Below are positions 41,563 through 53,900 of a stretch of DNA of 64,000 nucleotides, piece after piece. Source of the stretch: Octopus bimaculoides (Eukaryota); the NCBI RefSeq assembly GCF_001194135.2, contig NC_068990.1:73818072-73882071 (forward strand), given 5' to 3'. A program made the position numbers and the translations under genes. Below the pieces are notes generated by a model. The model did no database searches. It was given only the letters and a program-made list of their open reading frames with translations, and was not told the DNA's origin. Each line of letters opens with the position of its first letter. The stretch's first letter is position 1.

Positions 41563-42359
41563 AATATACAGGGATTAGCATTGAGTTGCTTCTCCAACAT
41601 ACTGAAAATTTAGAAATAGCAGTCAAAGANNNNNNNNNNNNNNNNNNNNNNNNNNNNNNNNNNNNNNNNNNNNNNNNNNNNNNNNNNNNNNNNNNNNNNN
41701 NNNNNNNNNNNNNNNNNNNNNNNNNNNNNNNNNNNNNNNNNNNNNNNNNNNNNNNNNNNNNNNNNNNNNNNNNNNNNNNNNNNNNNNNNNNNNNNNNNNN
41801 NNNNNNNNNNNNNNNNNNNNNNNNNNNNNNNNNNNNNNNNNNNNNNNNNNNNNNNNNNNNNNNNNNNNNNNNNNNNNNNNNNNNNNNNNNNNNNNNNNNN
41901 NNNNNNNNNNNNNNNNNNNNNNNNNNNNNNNNNNNNNNNNNNNNNNNNNNNNNNNNNNNNNNNNNNNNNNNNNNNNNNNNNNNNNNNNNNNNNNNNNNNN
42001 NNNNNNNNNNNNNNNNNNNNNNNNNNNNNNNNNNNNNNNNNNNNNNNNNNNNNNNNNNNNNNNNNNNNNNNNNNNNNNNNNNNNNNNNNNNNNNNNNNNN
42101 NNNNNNNNNNNNNNNNNNNNNNNNNNNNNNNNNNNNNNNNNNNNNNNNNNNNNNNNNNNNNNNNNNNNNNNNNNNNNNNNNNNNNNNNNNNNNNNNNNNN
42201 NNNNNNNNNNNNNNNNNNNNNNNNNNNNNNNNNNNNNNNNNNNNNNNNNNNNNNNNNNNNNNNNNNNNNNNNNNNNNNNNNNNNNNNNNNNNNNNNNNNN
42301 NNNNNNNNNNNNNNNNNNNNNNNNNNNNNNNNNNNNNNNNNNNNNNNNNNNNNNNNNNN

Positions 42360-42372
42360 CTTCTTCTTTGTC

Positions 42373-42410
<38 letters not shown>

Positions 42411-42492
42411 CTTCTTCTTCTTCTTCTTCTTCTTCTTCTTCTTCTTCTTCTTCTTCTTCTTCTTCTTCTTCTTCTTCTTCTTCTTCTTCTTC
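42360..42492. repeat. (GTT)n(CTT)n microsatellite
   Basis: Direct reading. Confidence 0.98.
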
Positions 42493-42504
42493 TCATTATC
42501 AATA

Positions 42505-42712
42505 AGCTGGTGAGCTGGCAGAATCATTAGCATGCTGGGTAAAATGCTCAGCGGTATTTCATCTGCCACTGTGTTCTGAGTTCAAATTCCACTGAGATTG
42601 ACTTTGCTTTTCAGTCTTTCGATAAATTAAGTATCAGATGAACACTGGGGCTGATGTAATCGGCTTATTCCCTCCTCAAAAATTACTGCCCTTGTGGCAA
42701 ATTTTGAAACTA
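42505..42712 (+). mobile_element. SINE family B, followed by long (ATT)n tracts to ~42985
   Basis: ggtgagctggcagaatcattagc...gagttcaaattcc. Confidence 0.85.
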
Positions 42713-42718
42713 TTACTA

Positions 42719-42771
<53 letters not shown>

Positions 42772-42893
42772 CAGTCTTATTTTTATCATGTGCTTTCCCA
42801 AGTGCAGCTCTGTGTGCCTTGGGTATGTGCAATGGTTTGTTGTGGTGCTCTTATTTTCACTGCATTGAAAGTGTTTTACATGGGATGTGTGTA

Positions 42894-42952
<59 letters not shown>

Positions 42953-44980
42953 TATTATTATTATCATTATTATTATTATTATTATCTAATATCAATAGGA
43001 AGATATGTCACCTTTATCCCTTACCATGATAGCACATTTTCCTGATTAATCCTTTCATATATTTGTTTGACATTTTTTTTTCTTTTAATAAGCGAGTAAA
43101 CCCCCTAAAACCATAACTGAAGAACTATCTAATATTTGTTTTCTGACGAGATAAAATTCCTACTCTATTATTATCATCAATAAAGCAATTCTTTCATGTC
43201 TCTTGTAAGCATTATTTTCTCCCTCAAACCTAAATTTTAATAACAGAGATACGTCTCGTTCTAATTGTATATATTCTCACAACATTATTATATTACTATT
43301 TTATTCAAAGTCAATTAGGATCTGTCATAAACACTGATATACAATTCTTAAATACTGTAGTTTACCTCATATTTTCTTGTATTTTATTCTCTTCTAACTC
43401 AACGCAACTCAACTCATCTAACTGTTATATATCAATAACATGATATTTGTTTATACCTCCAATCAAGGCATTTACGTCTGGCAGCTTTTCATATTTTCTT
43501 TCATAATAATATTGGAACAAACCATGGGTTCTGTTATCAGCAAATAAATAATCTAGTTATATAAGATTTATATAAAATTTCCCCTTTCCTTCTCAATGGG
43601 AGTGGTGGTGGTGGTGGTGGTGGTGCTGCTGACATGAATGCAATTCTTTGTTTGTTACCTACTGTAAAAGCTACTCTAATGGATATGAAGTGAGAAAAGA
43701 TGATAAGCCTGTTCATCATCTTTCTTACCTGTGACCCATGTGTAAGCAGACATCAACACATCCGTATATTAATTTATATTTTTGCACTAATAAATAGCAT
43801 GTCAAATAGATACAATAACCAGATGAAATGCAAATTTAAAAGGCGACTTATAAATGAATGCCTCATAACATGTGGATATAATCATCAAGTACTTTATATG
43901 GGGCTGTGCAATTCAACAGGGCCTCAATGTTGTATTTAATTGGTTTTGTCTGCTTGAACAAGCACCTGTATTTATTTCAATATATTGGAATGTAAGCTAA
44001 TTGGCTACAACCTGACCAAAGCATGTTCTGCTTCAATGCAAATCTATATGAAACTGTCACAGCAAATATATAATGCAAGTTAGCATTAAGAAAAACAAAA
44101 TTTCCAACATATATCTTTCTTTCCCCTATTCATTTATTCAATCTCTTGTATACATTCTCCATCTGTCTCAATTTTCTTTCTTTTTTTCAGTTTTCATTCT
44201 TTCTTCATTTTCTATTTCCTGTTCATAATATGATTGTCATAGTTATTATTAGAATCATAACTTTAAGATTCTTTTTGGAATGGTTTGGATAAACTAAATC
44301 AATATAAATAATATACTTGATAATTCATTTTTTTTCTTTCATTCATGTATAATTATTTGATATATTTAGAAAGGATTTGAAAACTCACAGAGTATCAGCA
44401 CATCGTTTGTAACATTTATACAATTGTAACTTGATTGGCACATAAATTAATGTGTCAAGCTGCAAGAAATAAATAAATTGATTATGCTTTCTAAACATCT
44501 ATTTATGCTGTTTTATTATTGTGACCGAGTTTCTGCTTTAATAATTTTCTGGCTCAATCAGACATTTAGTGATTTGGAGAAAGTTTATCACAATTAACTG
44601 ACTCCAAAAAGATCCATTTTGCACTTTAAGGAGCAGAGTGTTAGCAGGCCAAATTTGAACTCAGAACATAACTAATTGTAATGGAGACCATAACATATGT
44701 CAGCTGATGCCTCAGCAGTTTCCTTAATTCCCCACCTTGGACTTGTACTTTTCTTATCAATCTTCAAAGGATAAAGATTGCAAGACAAATCTTTGGAAGA
44801 TTTGAACTCGGAGTGCTGAGTGCCAGAACAAACAACATAATGGTGTCTGTCCAACACTGTAACAACTCTGCCAATTTGCTGTCTCAGCTCAAATGACTAT
44901 AAACGTATGTATGTCATTCAGTTTTATTTCAAGATTTCTTGCCAGTAGAGAGTTTCTAACTTAGATCCAAGACTCCTTCG

Positions 44981-45288
44981 TATGTATGTATGTATGTATG
45001 TATGTATGTATGTATGTATGCATGTATGTATGTATGTATATATGTATGTATGAATGTATGTATGTATGTAGTGTGTGTGTATATATATGTATGTATGTCT
45101 CTCTTTTCTCTCTCTCTCTTTCTCTTTTTATGTATGTATGTATGTATGTGCATATGTATGTATGTATGTATGTATGCATGTACGTATGTATGTATGTATG
45201 TATGTATGAATGTATGTATGTATGTAGTGTGTGTGTATATATATGTATGTATGTCTCTCTTTTCTCTCTCTCTCTTTCTCTTTTTATA
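44981..45288. repeat. Tandem duplication (period 156) of a compound microsatellite
   Basis: Block tatgaatgtatg...tagtgtgtgtgtatatatatg...tctctcttttctctctctctctttctctttttat occurs at ~45049 and ~45205. Confidence 0.9.
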
Positions 45289-45444
45289 TATCATCATCAT
45301 CATCATCATCATCTTTTAGCATCTGCTTTCCATGCTGGCATGGGTTAGATGGTTTGACTGGAACTGGTAAGCTGGAGAGCTGCATCAACTTCCAGTCTGG
45401 TTTGGAATAGTTTCTACAGCTGGATGCCCTTCCTATATAAATAT

Positions 45445-45680
45445 ATTTATTTCTTTATTGCCCACAGGGGGCTAAATATAGAGGGGACAAACAAGGACAG
45501 ACAAAGGGATTAATTCGATTAAATCGACCCCAGTGCATAACTGGTACTTATTTAATCGACCCCCAAAAGGATGAAAGGCAAAGTCAACCTAGGCGGAATT
45601 TGAACTCAGAATGTAAAGACAGACAAAATACTGCTAAAAATTTCGCCCTGAATGCTAACGGTTCTGCCATCTCATTGCCC
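45445..45680 (-). mobile_element. SINE family B, long form
   Basis: gcccacagggggctaaatatagaggggacaaacaaggacagacaaaggg...ggaatttgaactcag. Confidence 0.85.
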
Positions 45681-48174
45681 TATATAAATATATTAAAAGA
45701 AGGCCACTACAAAGCATGTCACCTAACCAAAGATCAGGCTCAGAAGTAGGTTCCACACTCCATTCCAGAATCCACTGTAGTACAATGTGCGACATCACCC
45801 TTGAGATAGGCTAGTGTGTGCAATATAAGCCTAGTAATATAAATAACAATAATTAAGCAGAAAATAGATATGGTATTCAATGCTTTATATAAAGTATGAT
45901 ATAAATCATTGAATGCCATACATTGTTTTTGATAAGTTATTACATATATATGAGGTACATTCAAAAAGTTCCTGACTTTATTTTTTTCCACCAAAACTAA
46001 ATGTCAAATGGGCAAAATTCTTTGGATGGGACATGATGCTGCTCTTCTTGTATGTAAAAATTTTCATGCTGGTAGGCTACAGCAATTCTTGGCTGTTATG
46101 CTTAGAGTATAGTTGTAGTAAACATGTAGAGTTGTGTAAACATGTAGAGTAAACATTCAAATGCAATCAGTATTCTGCTGCATTTCACATGGAACTTTTG
46201 CTTCTCTAAAGTTGTCTTAGTGCATAAGTTATCCTGTGTCTTTTGATTGTAAATTTTGGTCAGAAAAATTTGACTTTTATGCATGAAAATATGGCTGATA
46301 GAAAAAAAATTACATTTGTTATTAATTTTGTAAAACGACATCTAATTAATCTAGATGTTTTCCCTGTTCAAAGGATTAACATAATTAATTTGAGAATCAT
46401 TTTATTATGAAACATATATGTTACAGTTGAAAGTGACATAGTTAAAGAAGTGAAAGAATGTAGAGTCGAATGATTCAAGCATCATTGTTAACTTGGAGAA
46501 GATATAATGTAATGGTTTGTGTAGGGGACACTATATGGCCATCTTTAAAACAGAACAGACATGTGGCTTGATGGTTAGGACATTCAGTTCATAATTGTAA
46601 GGTTGTGAGTTTGATTCCCAGCAGTCCTTGAGTGCTTGGACGTGACCCTTAGTTTCACATTGCCTAAGTCAACTCAGCTGGCAAAAATGAGTTGTACCTG
46701 TAATCCCAAAGTGTCAGCAGTGTCATATTCTTTGTCATATTGAATCTCCCACAGGATTATGGTAAGGGTATGAGTGTCTATGGTGTACTCAGCCACAAAA
46801 AAGCCGGTTTTAAACCAATCAGACAGATTTGTTCAAATTCAAATTAGGCCCCTCACAAAGAGAGGGCCTCACACACATTCTCAAGCAGGAGATGCTATGA
46901 TGAATTTTTAGCATATCATTGGGGCTAATGGTGGAAGCTCAACCTCTCAATGCTCTTCAGGTGGGGCTGGTGTACTACATGAAACATAAAACATCAATCT
47001 TCAGCTTTTATAGAGAAGAGGGCCCCACTGGAAATTCTCTAATTGGGCCCCACACTTGCATGCTAATTTCATGTGCATGTTCTGTTGATCGAATCAACTA
47101 GAAAACTCATCATTGCAACTGATGGAGGGCCTAGCCTTCTTGAACAGCTATCGAATGACAACATGTTGTAAACATGGGTAAACATGTTGTAAACATGGGT
47201 AAAGGAGAAAGTCACTGAGTGGTTGGTCGCTTAACCTTTTAAAAATAAATTTAAGGTTAAAAAAGTTGGCAATGCTTAGATAATGTGGTTCTAGATGCAC
47301 TGGGGCTAGGAACAAAAAAACAATAAGTTCACTCATAGCTTAGCCCAACCAAGATTGACCAAGAACCTAAACAACACTAACACAACAACAACAACAGCAA
47401 CAACAACAGTAACAACAGTAATAACAGCAATAATAATTATTGACAGCAATTTTCTCCAAATATTAATGTAATTATCCATAAATTGCAAATTAGTTTAATT
47501 CATTTCAGCATAGGGAAATAGATTTGAAATTATTTTGAAGTTAGAAAGAAATAAAGAAATCTATATCACATCTACTAATTAAAAAAAACGTCTTATACAT
47601 TATAAAAAGAAATTCTGAAACTTAGAATGGAAGATCTGTCTGTTTAAGGACTCAGGCTGTTGCTTAGATTTTACAGCAACAAATGCATGCTTTTTACAAT
47701 CAAATCAAACTTTGATACTCGAAGTAATCACCTAAAAGCAGCATATTAAAACAGAAAAAAATCTGCTGGAACAGAGAAATTGCATTAAGAAAATGGTGCC
47801 ATCTGTGAAATTTAAAACAGAAAAAATTTAAAACAATATCTGATAGGAAAATATCACATGGCATTGATATGTAATATTTTTTTTATGCTAAGATATAATA
47901 TATATATATTTTTTTATTAGATAATATATAAATCTAAAATATATGTCCAAAACATGTGTCACAAGCAATGAAACATCAGGTAGTGAATCCCACATTTGTA
48001 AAAAATTAAAAGCAAGCACCTACCATCAAAAGTAATAAAAAAAAGATAAATGAAATAAAATAAATTCCAAATAATGCTAAACATATTTTTTAAGAACCTG
48101 TCTCTGAGATTCTGACAGATTGTGTGTATGTATGTATGTATGTATGTATGTATGTATCTATAACTATCTATCCA

Positions 48175-48232
<58 letters not shown>

Positions 48233-50224
48233 ATGTCATGATGACACTGATTAGAACTGTAAGATGGTTGAGCAATTAATTTCAGACAGCTGATGTATAT
48301 AAATAAAATTGAAGAAATGTTCTAGAAGTTTGTATAATATCAATACTACAACTAATTTAATTTGCTTATTCTAAATTGAAAACTTATAACCAACTACCTG
48401 AAAGATGCAATGTCTCTACTAGCAATATTTTGAGAATGTTTTAGTTAAATCCTCTGTGAGTAAAGTCAAATAATTTTAAAATAATTTTTAATTCAATTTA
48501 GTTTTGCCAAAATGTCATTTGGATCATATATAATGCATCAAATTTATTATTATTTGAAAAATAATAAAAATGAAAATTGCCATTTTTCAAAATGGCATTA
48601 TTTTTAGACAGACAAATGTCAGAGAGAAAAAAAAAAGAAATAATGTACCTGACAAACATTTAACTTAAATTCCAACAAAGAAATATGTCTATGAAATACT
48701 TTCAATATCTTCATGATCTTCATGATTATAAGAGATTTAGAAAGATTTAGAATGTATCTTTCATTATCTCCTTTAATATTTGTTAAAACATTCAATATTT
48801 GTTAAAACAATATTTTTCATTTTCCTTTTACACTTTGCTTTAATGCTTTAGTTGTGAAATTTTCCATTTATTGCACTTTTAGTTCAATCACATTGTCTTG
48901 GTAGACGACCATATTTTAGAGTGCTTATACTGCTGGTTGGCTTATCGTTGAAGCAGAAAATAAAAAGAAAAGTAAATGAAGTGTAGTCGCTCATATATTT
49001 TGCTTCAAGATGTGAGCTGAAGAATAAATCTGAGAGAAAATGTTATTGTAAGTGACAGCAGATTTAAAACATAAGATATTAGAGTGTGAATAAAACAAAC
49101 ATGGAAATATATATATAAAAAAGAAAATCAAAAGCCAAATAACTGAAATCTAATGAGCCTCAAAGCATATTTTTCAGCCATAGAATTTATCCAATGCTGA
49201 AAGAAATTGTATGGTACCATGCTAGTTTTCTTTTCTTTTCTTCTGCTTGTCACATAAACAGAAGAATACAGGACAATCTATCCATTTTAAAGATTTTAAG
49301 AACACCTTAAATGTTATTTCAGAAAACAGATGCTGTTAGCTATCAATTATTACTTCTGTACCATTGAATCCACTGAAAAAATTACAGCTGATTTATGTTT
49401 AGGTTAACATTCAATCTCTATCTCCTGATATTAACTTAAACAATTACTCAAGTCTGCTAACTAGTATTTCAATTGTTGGAACTAAAAGAAAAAGCAGAGA
49501 AGACTCAGTAATGGATCTAAGGTCATCATCACCATCATCACCATCGTCGTCGTCATCATCGTTTAATGTCCATCTTCCATGCAGGCATTGAGTTGGATGG
49601 TTTGACAGAAGTTGGCCAGGCAGGAGTTGGCCAGGCAGGAGCCTGCACCAGACTTCCGTGTCTGTTTTGGCACAGTTTTTATAGCTGGATGCTGTTCCTA
49701 GCACCAACCACCCAGCAGAGTGGACATCCATATTATTGAATAACTAACCAACCTTTTATCATTTCTGTTCAATTGAGAAATCGCCATTTCTCTTCATTTC
49801 AAGTAGAATTGCATGAGAAAAGCAAATAAACTAGTGTAAAATATGACTATTTTCTTGGAATTTACTTGGAATATTTGATTAATCCATTCATTTTATTTCT
49901 TTTTGAGAGAAAGACATAATCTTACTTAGCTACCTCAAAGCTATTGTTTGGGATTGTATTGAATCAGTTTATTTCATAGTAACGAAAAGAACGGAGACAT
50001 TAAAAAAACATAAAATTCCAATTATATATATATATTTTAATCTTAATTGGATCTCTCCAGTGTGATTTTGTATTCTGACTCAAGCTATGTAGATACAGTT
50101 TTTGAATCAGAAAACGAAGTGGGAGTAAATAAATGAGAGAGAGAGAAAGACAGAGAGAAAGAGGGAGAGTAAAGAGAGAGGAAGAGAAATATTAAAGTAA
50201 TTACTTACATGATAAAGTAATAAG

Positions 50225-50372
50225 CTGTATAGTGAGAAGCTTGGTTCCCAACTGCATGGTTCCAGATTCAGTCCCACTGCATGGCATCTTGGGCAAGTGT
50301 CTTCTACTATAGCCCTGGGCTGGCAGAAGCCTTGTGAGTGAACTTGATAAACAGAAACCAGAAGAAGAAGCC
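50225..50372 (-). mobile_element. SINE family A head fragment
   Basis: ttcagtcccactgcatggcatcttgggcaagtgtcttctactatagccc matches family A; it reads on the plus strand as written, so the strand label is uncertain. Confidence 0.6.
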
Positions 50373-50404
50373 TAATATATATATATACACATATACATAT
50401 ATGC

Positions 50405-50438
<34 letters not shown>

Positions 50439-50481
50439 GTGCATATATGCATATACATATATATATATGTATATATGTATG

Positions 50482-50549
<68 letters not shown>

Positions 50550-51077
50550 CTAGCAGCTAAACCCGGTTTCACCCGGCCTGTTTGGATGATGTGGCTGTGA
50601 TCGTTTTTGGTTAGGCATAATCTATAACCGCGTTTCTCAACCTTATCATTTCCGGTCCCCTGTTTCGATTGGAGCCTCTAGCTGTATGAAGATTTCACCA
50701 CCCCACCTGTCAGAAAATGCCTTCAGGAGTTGTGAAGAAAGAATTTATACGTAGTATGTTTCTGAGAGCTATTCTATTAGACGTCTGTATAATCATTAAG
50801 ACATTTATTTAATTATGAACATAGAAAGAAATTATACATTAATCCCAACTTTTGTAAGCATTTGTATCTTATTTGCAGAGAGCAGAAATTGAAAGATATA
50901 TGAAATGGACGTGCGTGTGTGTGTGTATGTGAGAGAGAAAGAGGGTGAGAAATCGAGATAGAGTGAATGAGTGAAGTTGTGAGTCATTGACTTACGTTGG
51001 CTGGCACAGCAAGTACGAAGCTTTTGAGGCGGCAGATGACTGGGGTGATTTGGAAGATGTGAAGAAATGTCGTATTT

Positions 51078-51480
51078 TCAGTAGAGCGCTTCTTTGTAGG
51101 CAACGTTTCTCGTTTTCCCTTCTGATGCACAAATGTATAGACTTTGTGGCCTGCCAACACGAGAGCATCCAACGTAGTGTTGACCGTGGGAGAACACTTC
51201 CTCTGTGAGATTTAAACCAACCATTTGCAATGATTGACCTTGTGCCTTATTTATTTCCATTTCAAAGCAGATTTTGACAGGAAATTGAAGCCGCTTAAAC
51301 TTGTAGATCAAATCGGAGGGAGGGAGAGACATGGGAGTTATAAGAACATCTTGACCAGCGGCCGGTCCATTCAAGATGGTTGCCTGTAGAACTCGGGAGT
51401 ATAAATTTTGATGATCATGCGCGTGCCGTTACATATTATTGGAGTATCTAAATTCCGAAGCAGCATGATGAGCGCCCTCC
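51078..51480 (-). pseudogene. Helitron RepHel PIF1-like helicase C-terminus, frameshifted
   Basis: IMLLRNLD, CNGTR, RVLQATILNG, FKRLQFPVKICF, INKAQGQSL, VFSHGQHYVGCSRV, KTRNVAYKEAL. Confidence 0.92.
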
Positions 51481-51489
51481 TCAGAAGAA

Positions 51490-52487
51490 ATTCCCCCTCC
51501 TCCCCTTCATGGGAACTTTCCAGGCAGTAATTCCTGCCCCTCCTTCCCTTCCTTGGAGCTTTCCAGGAAGTAATTNNNNNNNNNNNNNNNNNNNNNNNNN
51601 NNNNNNNNNNNNNNNNNNNNNNNNNNNNNNNNNNNNNNNNNNNNNNNNNNNNNNNNNNNNNNNNNNNNNAACTTTCCATGAAGGAATTCCTCCCCTCCTT
51701 CCCTTCCATGGAACATTCCACGAAGTAATTCCACCCCTACTCCCCTCCCTTGGAACTTTCCAGGAGGTAATGCGCCCCACCCTCCTCGAAACTTTCCAGG
51801 AAGTAAATCCTCCCATCCTTGGAACTTACCAAGAAGTAATTCTCCCCCTCCTCCGAACTTTCCAGGAAATGATTCCTCCCCTCCTTCTATTCATTGGAAA
51901 TTTCCATGAAGTAATACCTCCCCTCTTCCCTTTCATTGGAACTTTCCAGGAAGTAATTCGGCATCCCTCCTCGTAACTTTCCATGCAGTAGTCCCCCTTC
52001 CTCGGAGTTTTCCAGGAAGTAATTGCTCCCCTCCTCCCCTTCATGGGAACTTTCCAGGCAGTAATTCCTGCCCCTCCTTCCCTTCCTTGGAGCTTTCCAG
52101 GAAGTAATTCACACCCATCCTCGGAACTTTCCAGGATGTAATTCCTCCCCTCTTTCCATTCCTTGGAGCTTTCCAGGAAGCAATTCACCCCTTCTTCGGA
52201 ACTTTCCAGGAAGTAATTGCTCCTCCTCCCCTTCCTTAGATCTTTCCAGGAAGTAATTCCTGCCCCTGCTTCCCCTCCAAGAACTTCCCAGGAAGTAATC
52301 GCCCCCTCCTCGGAACTTTTCAGGAAGTAATTTTTCCCCTTCTCGGAATTTTCAAGGAAGTATTTCCTCCACCTCCTCGGAACTTTCCTGGTAGTAATTC
52401 CTCCCGTTCCTAGGAACTATTCAGGAAATAATTCACCTCCCACTCCTCAGAACTTTCCAGGAAGTAATTCCTTCCTTCTCGGAACTT
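51490..52487. repeat. Minisatellite array inside the Helitron; core GGAACTTTCCAGGAAGTAATT plus pyrimidine linker
   Basis: 24 visible units plus a partial one and a 94-nt gap; unit lengths fall in two classes, 31-36 and 40-43 bp. Confidence 0.97.
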
Positions 52488-52804
52488 AGCTGGACGAAAT
52501 GAATGAGGAAGATTGGTAGAGAAACGAGAGATGTATGAGTAAATAGAGGAAGTGAGAGATGTATATGTGAACAGAATAACAAAATGGAATCGTAGAATAG
52601 GTGAGTAACTTAAGTGCATGAATATCATGACAGAGTCACACAATTGAAGATTGAATTAAATTAAAAAATAAATAAATGTAGACTTTAGTACTTGCTGTTG
52701 AATAAATTGTTGACATTTGATTATTAACTCCTTCAAGTTTAATAACCCAATATCAAACATGCTGTTCGTATATTTTCTTGTCAATAATTTAGTATATATC
52801 ATAG

Positions 52805-53015
52805 CAGGAAGCTGGCAGAATCTTTACCTTGCAGGGCAAAATGCTTAGTAGTATGTTGACTGTCTTTATGTACTGAGTTCAAATTTCGCTAAGGTTGACT
52901 TTGCCTTTAATACCTTTCAGGGTTGATAAAATAAGTACCAGTTGCTCACTGGGGTTGATGTAAGCTATTTAGCCTCTCCCCCAAACTTACTGGCCTTGTG
53001 CCAAAATTTGCAACC
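52805..53015 (+). mobile_element. SINE family B
   Basis: aagctggcagaatc...gagttcaaatttcgctaaggttgactttgcc. Confidence 0.8.
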
Positions 53016-53299
53016 GATAATTTAGTACATCAGGAGCTTGGACACTACCACTGTTTCAGAGATACAATGCATGTACCCTTCCATGATTAATCTCTCTCCA
53101 GCATTTCAAGATGGGTTTTCATTCTTTTGTAATAAAGAATACTTTGAACATTCAGAAAATTGTAGCATCTGTGTGTTCCACTAAGCCAACATTCTATGTA
53201 CTGCTTGAATACGTGATATGACTTTGCAAAAATGTTTGAATATCACATGAAGTATTTGACATATGGTAGATCCAACATCGGTTTCTACATACATGCAAG

Positions 53300-53900
53300 C
53301 TAGTTTGTAAGCATACAAAGACACCTCTTGCTTGTCTCTGCATCAGTGGATGTGATAGGTACTAAAAATTCTGAAGTGTCATCTGCATTGATTTACAGTC
53401 AGCTAGGATCTCCAAGAAGTAGTTCCAACCCATTGTCTTGTAGCAATGAGGAGGAAATAGATCTTGGAGAAATAGGTACAACCGTAAGAGCCTTCCAGCC
53501 AAACAAAATAGAAAACAGCAGCTGGCTGCAGAGAGAGAGCAGTACCAGTAATTATAGGTTCTAGTGATGAAGACCTTGGCTGTTGTTCACCTATATGTCT
53601 AGTATTCCATTTATCATAGCTCCAAGGAAAGCTAAAGAGAGAGTGAATGAATCTGCTTCATTATCAGTGCTACTAATACTAGGGACTGCCAGTGATGTAG
53701 GACACAAGGAACAAAGGTTTCTTATGGTAGCACCTGTCTTGTTAAAAATTAGCAGTTCAACCTCATCGTTGTATAGTGATGAGCAAGATTAAGGAGACAA
53801 GAGAAGTTGGACATCATTACAAAGAAAAAGAAAAGCAAGCCTGAAAAAATGGTTGGAAGATTTGTCCATTAACCCTGGGCTACCTTAAATCCGCAGTTAT
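53300..53900 (-). pseudogene. Possible very old L2/CR1-like RT remnant
   Basis: Ordered faint motifs IFNKTG...CPTSLAVPSIS (PIFKKG/RPISL-like) and INADDT (YADD-like), with stops. Confidence 0.35.

Larger units (their letters stand above)
50550..52660 (-). mobile_element. Non-autonomous Helitron with intact 3' end; 5' boundary uncertain
   Basis: Minus strand ends ccgggtgaaaccgg hairpin, gtttagctg, CTAG|T (CTAG at 50550-50553), ~530 bp after a PIF1-type helicase stop. Confidence 0.85.

Noticed and set aside
47700-49481. Strong minus-strand acceptors at 47732 and 49482
   Set aside because: Donors are weak and the phases are incompatible when joined.
51490-52487. CRISPR-like array or coding repeat protein
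   Set aside because: The repeats are degenerate, the linkers are related low-complexity sequence, there are no cas genes, the context is eukaryotic, and frames shift between units.
53328-53792. Two same-frame plus-strand ORFs as a gene
   Set aside because: Better explained as the shadow of a decayed RT on the opposite strand.
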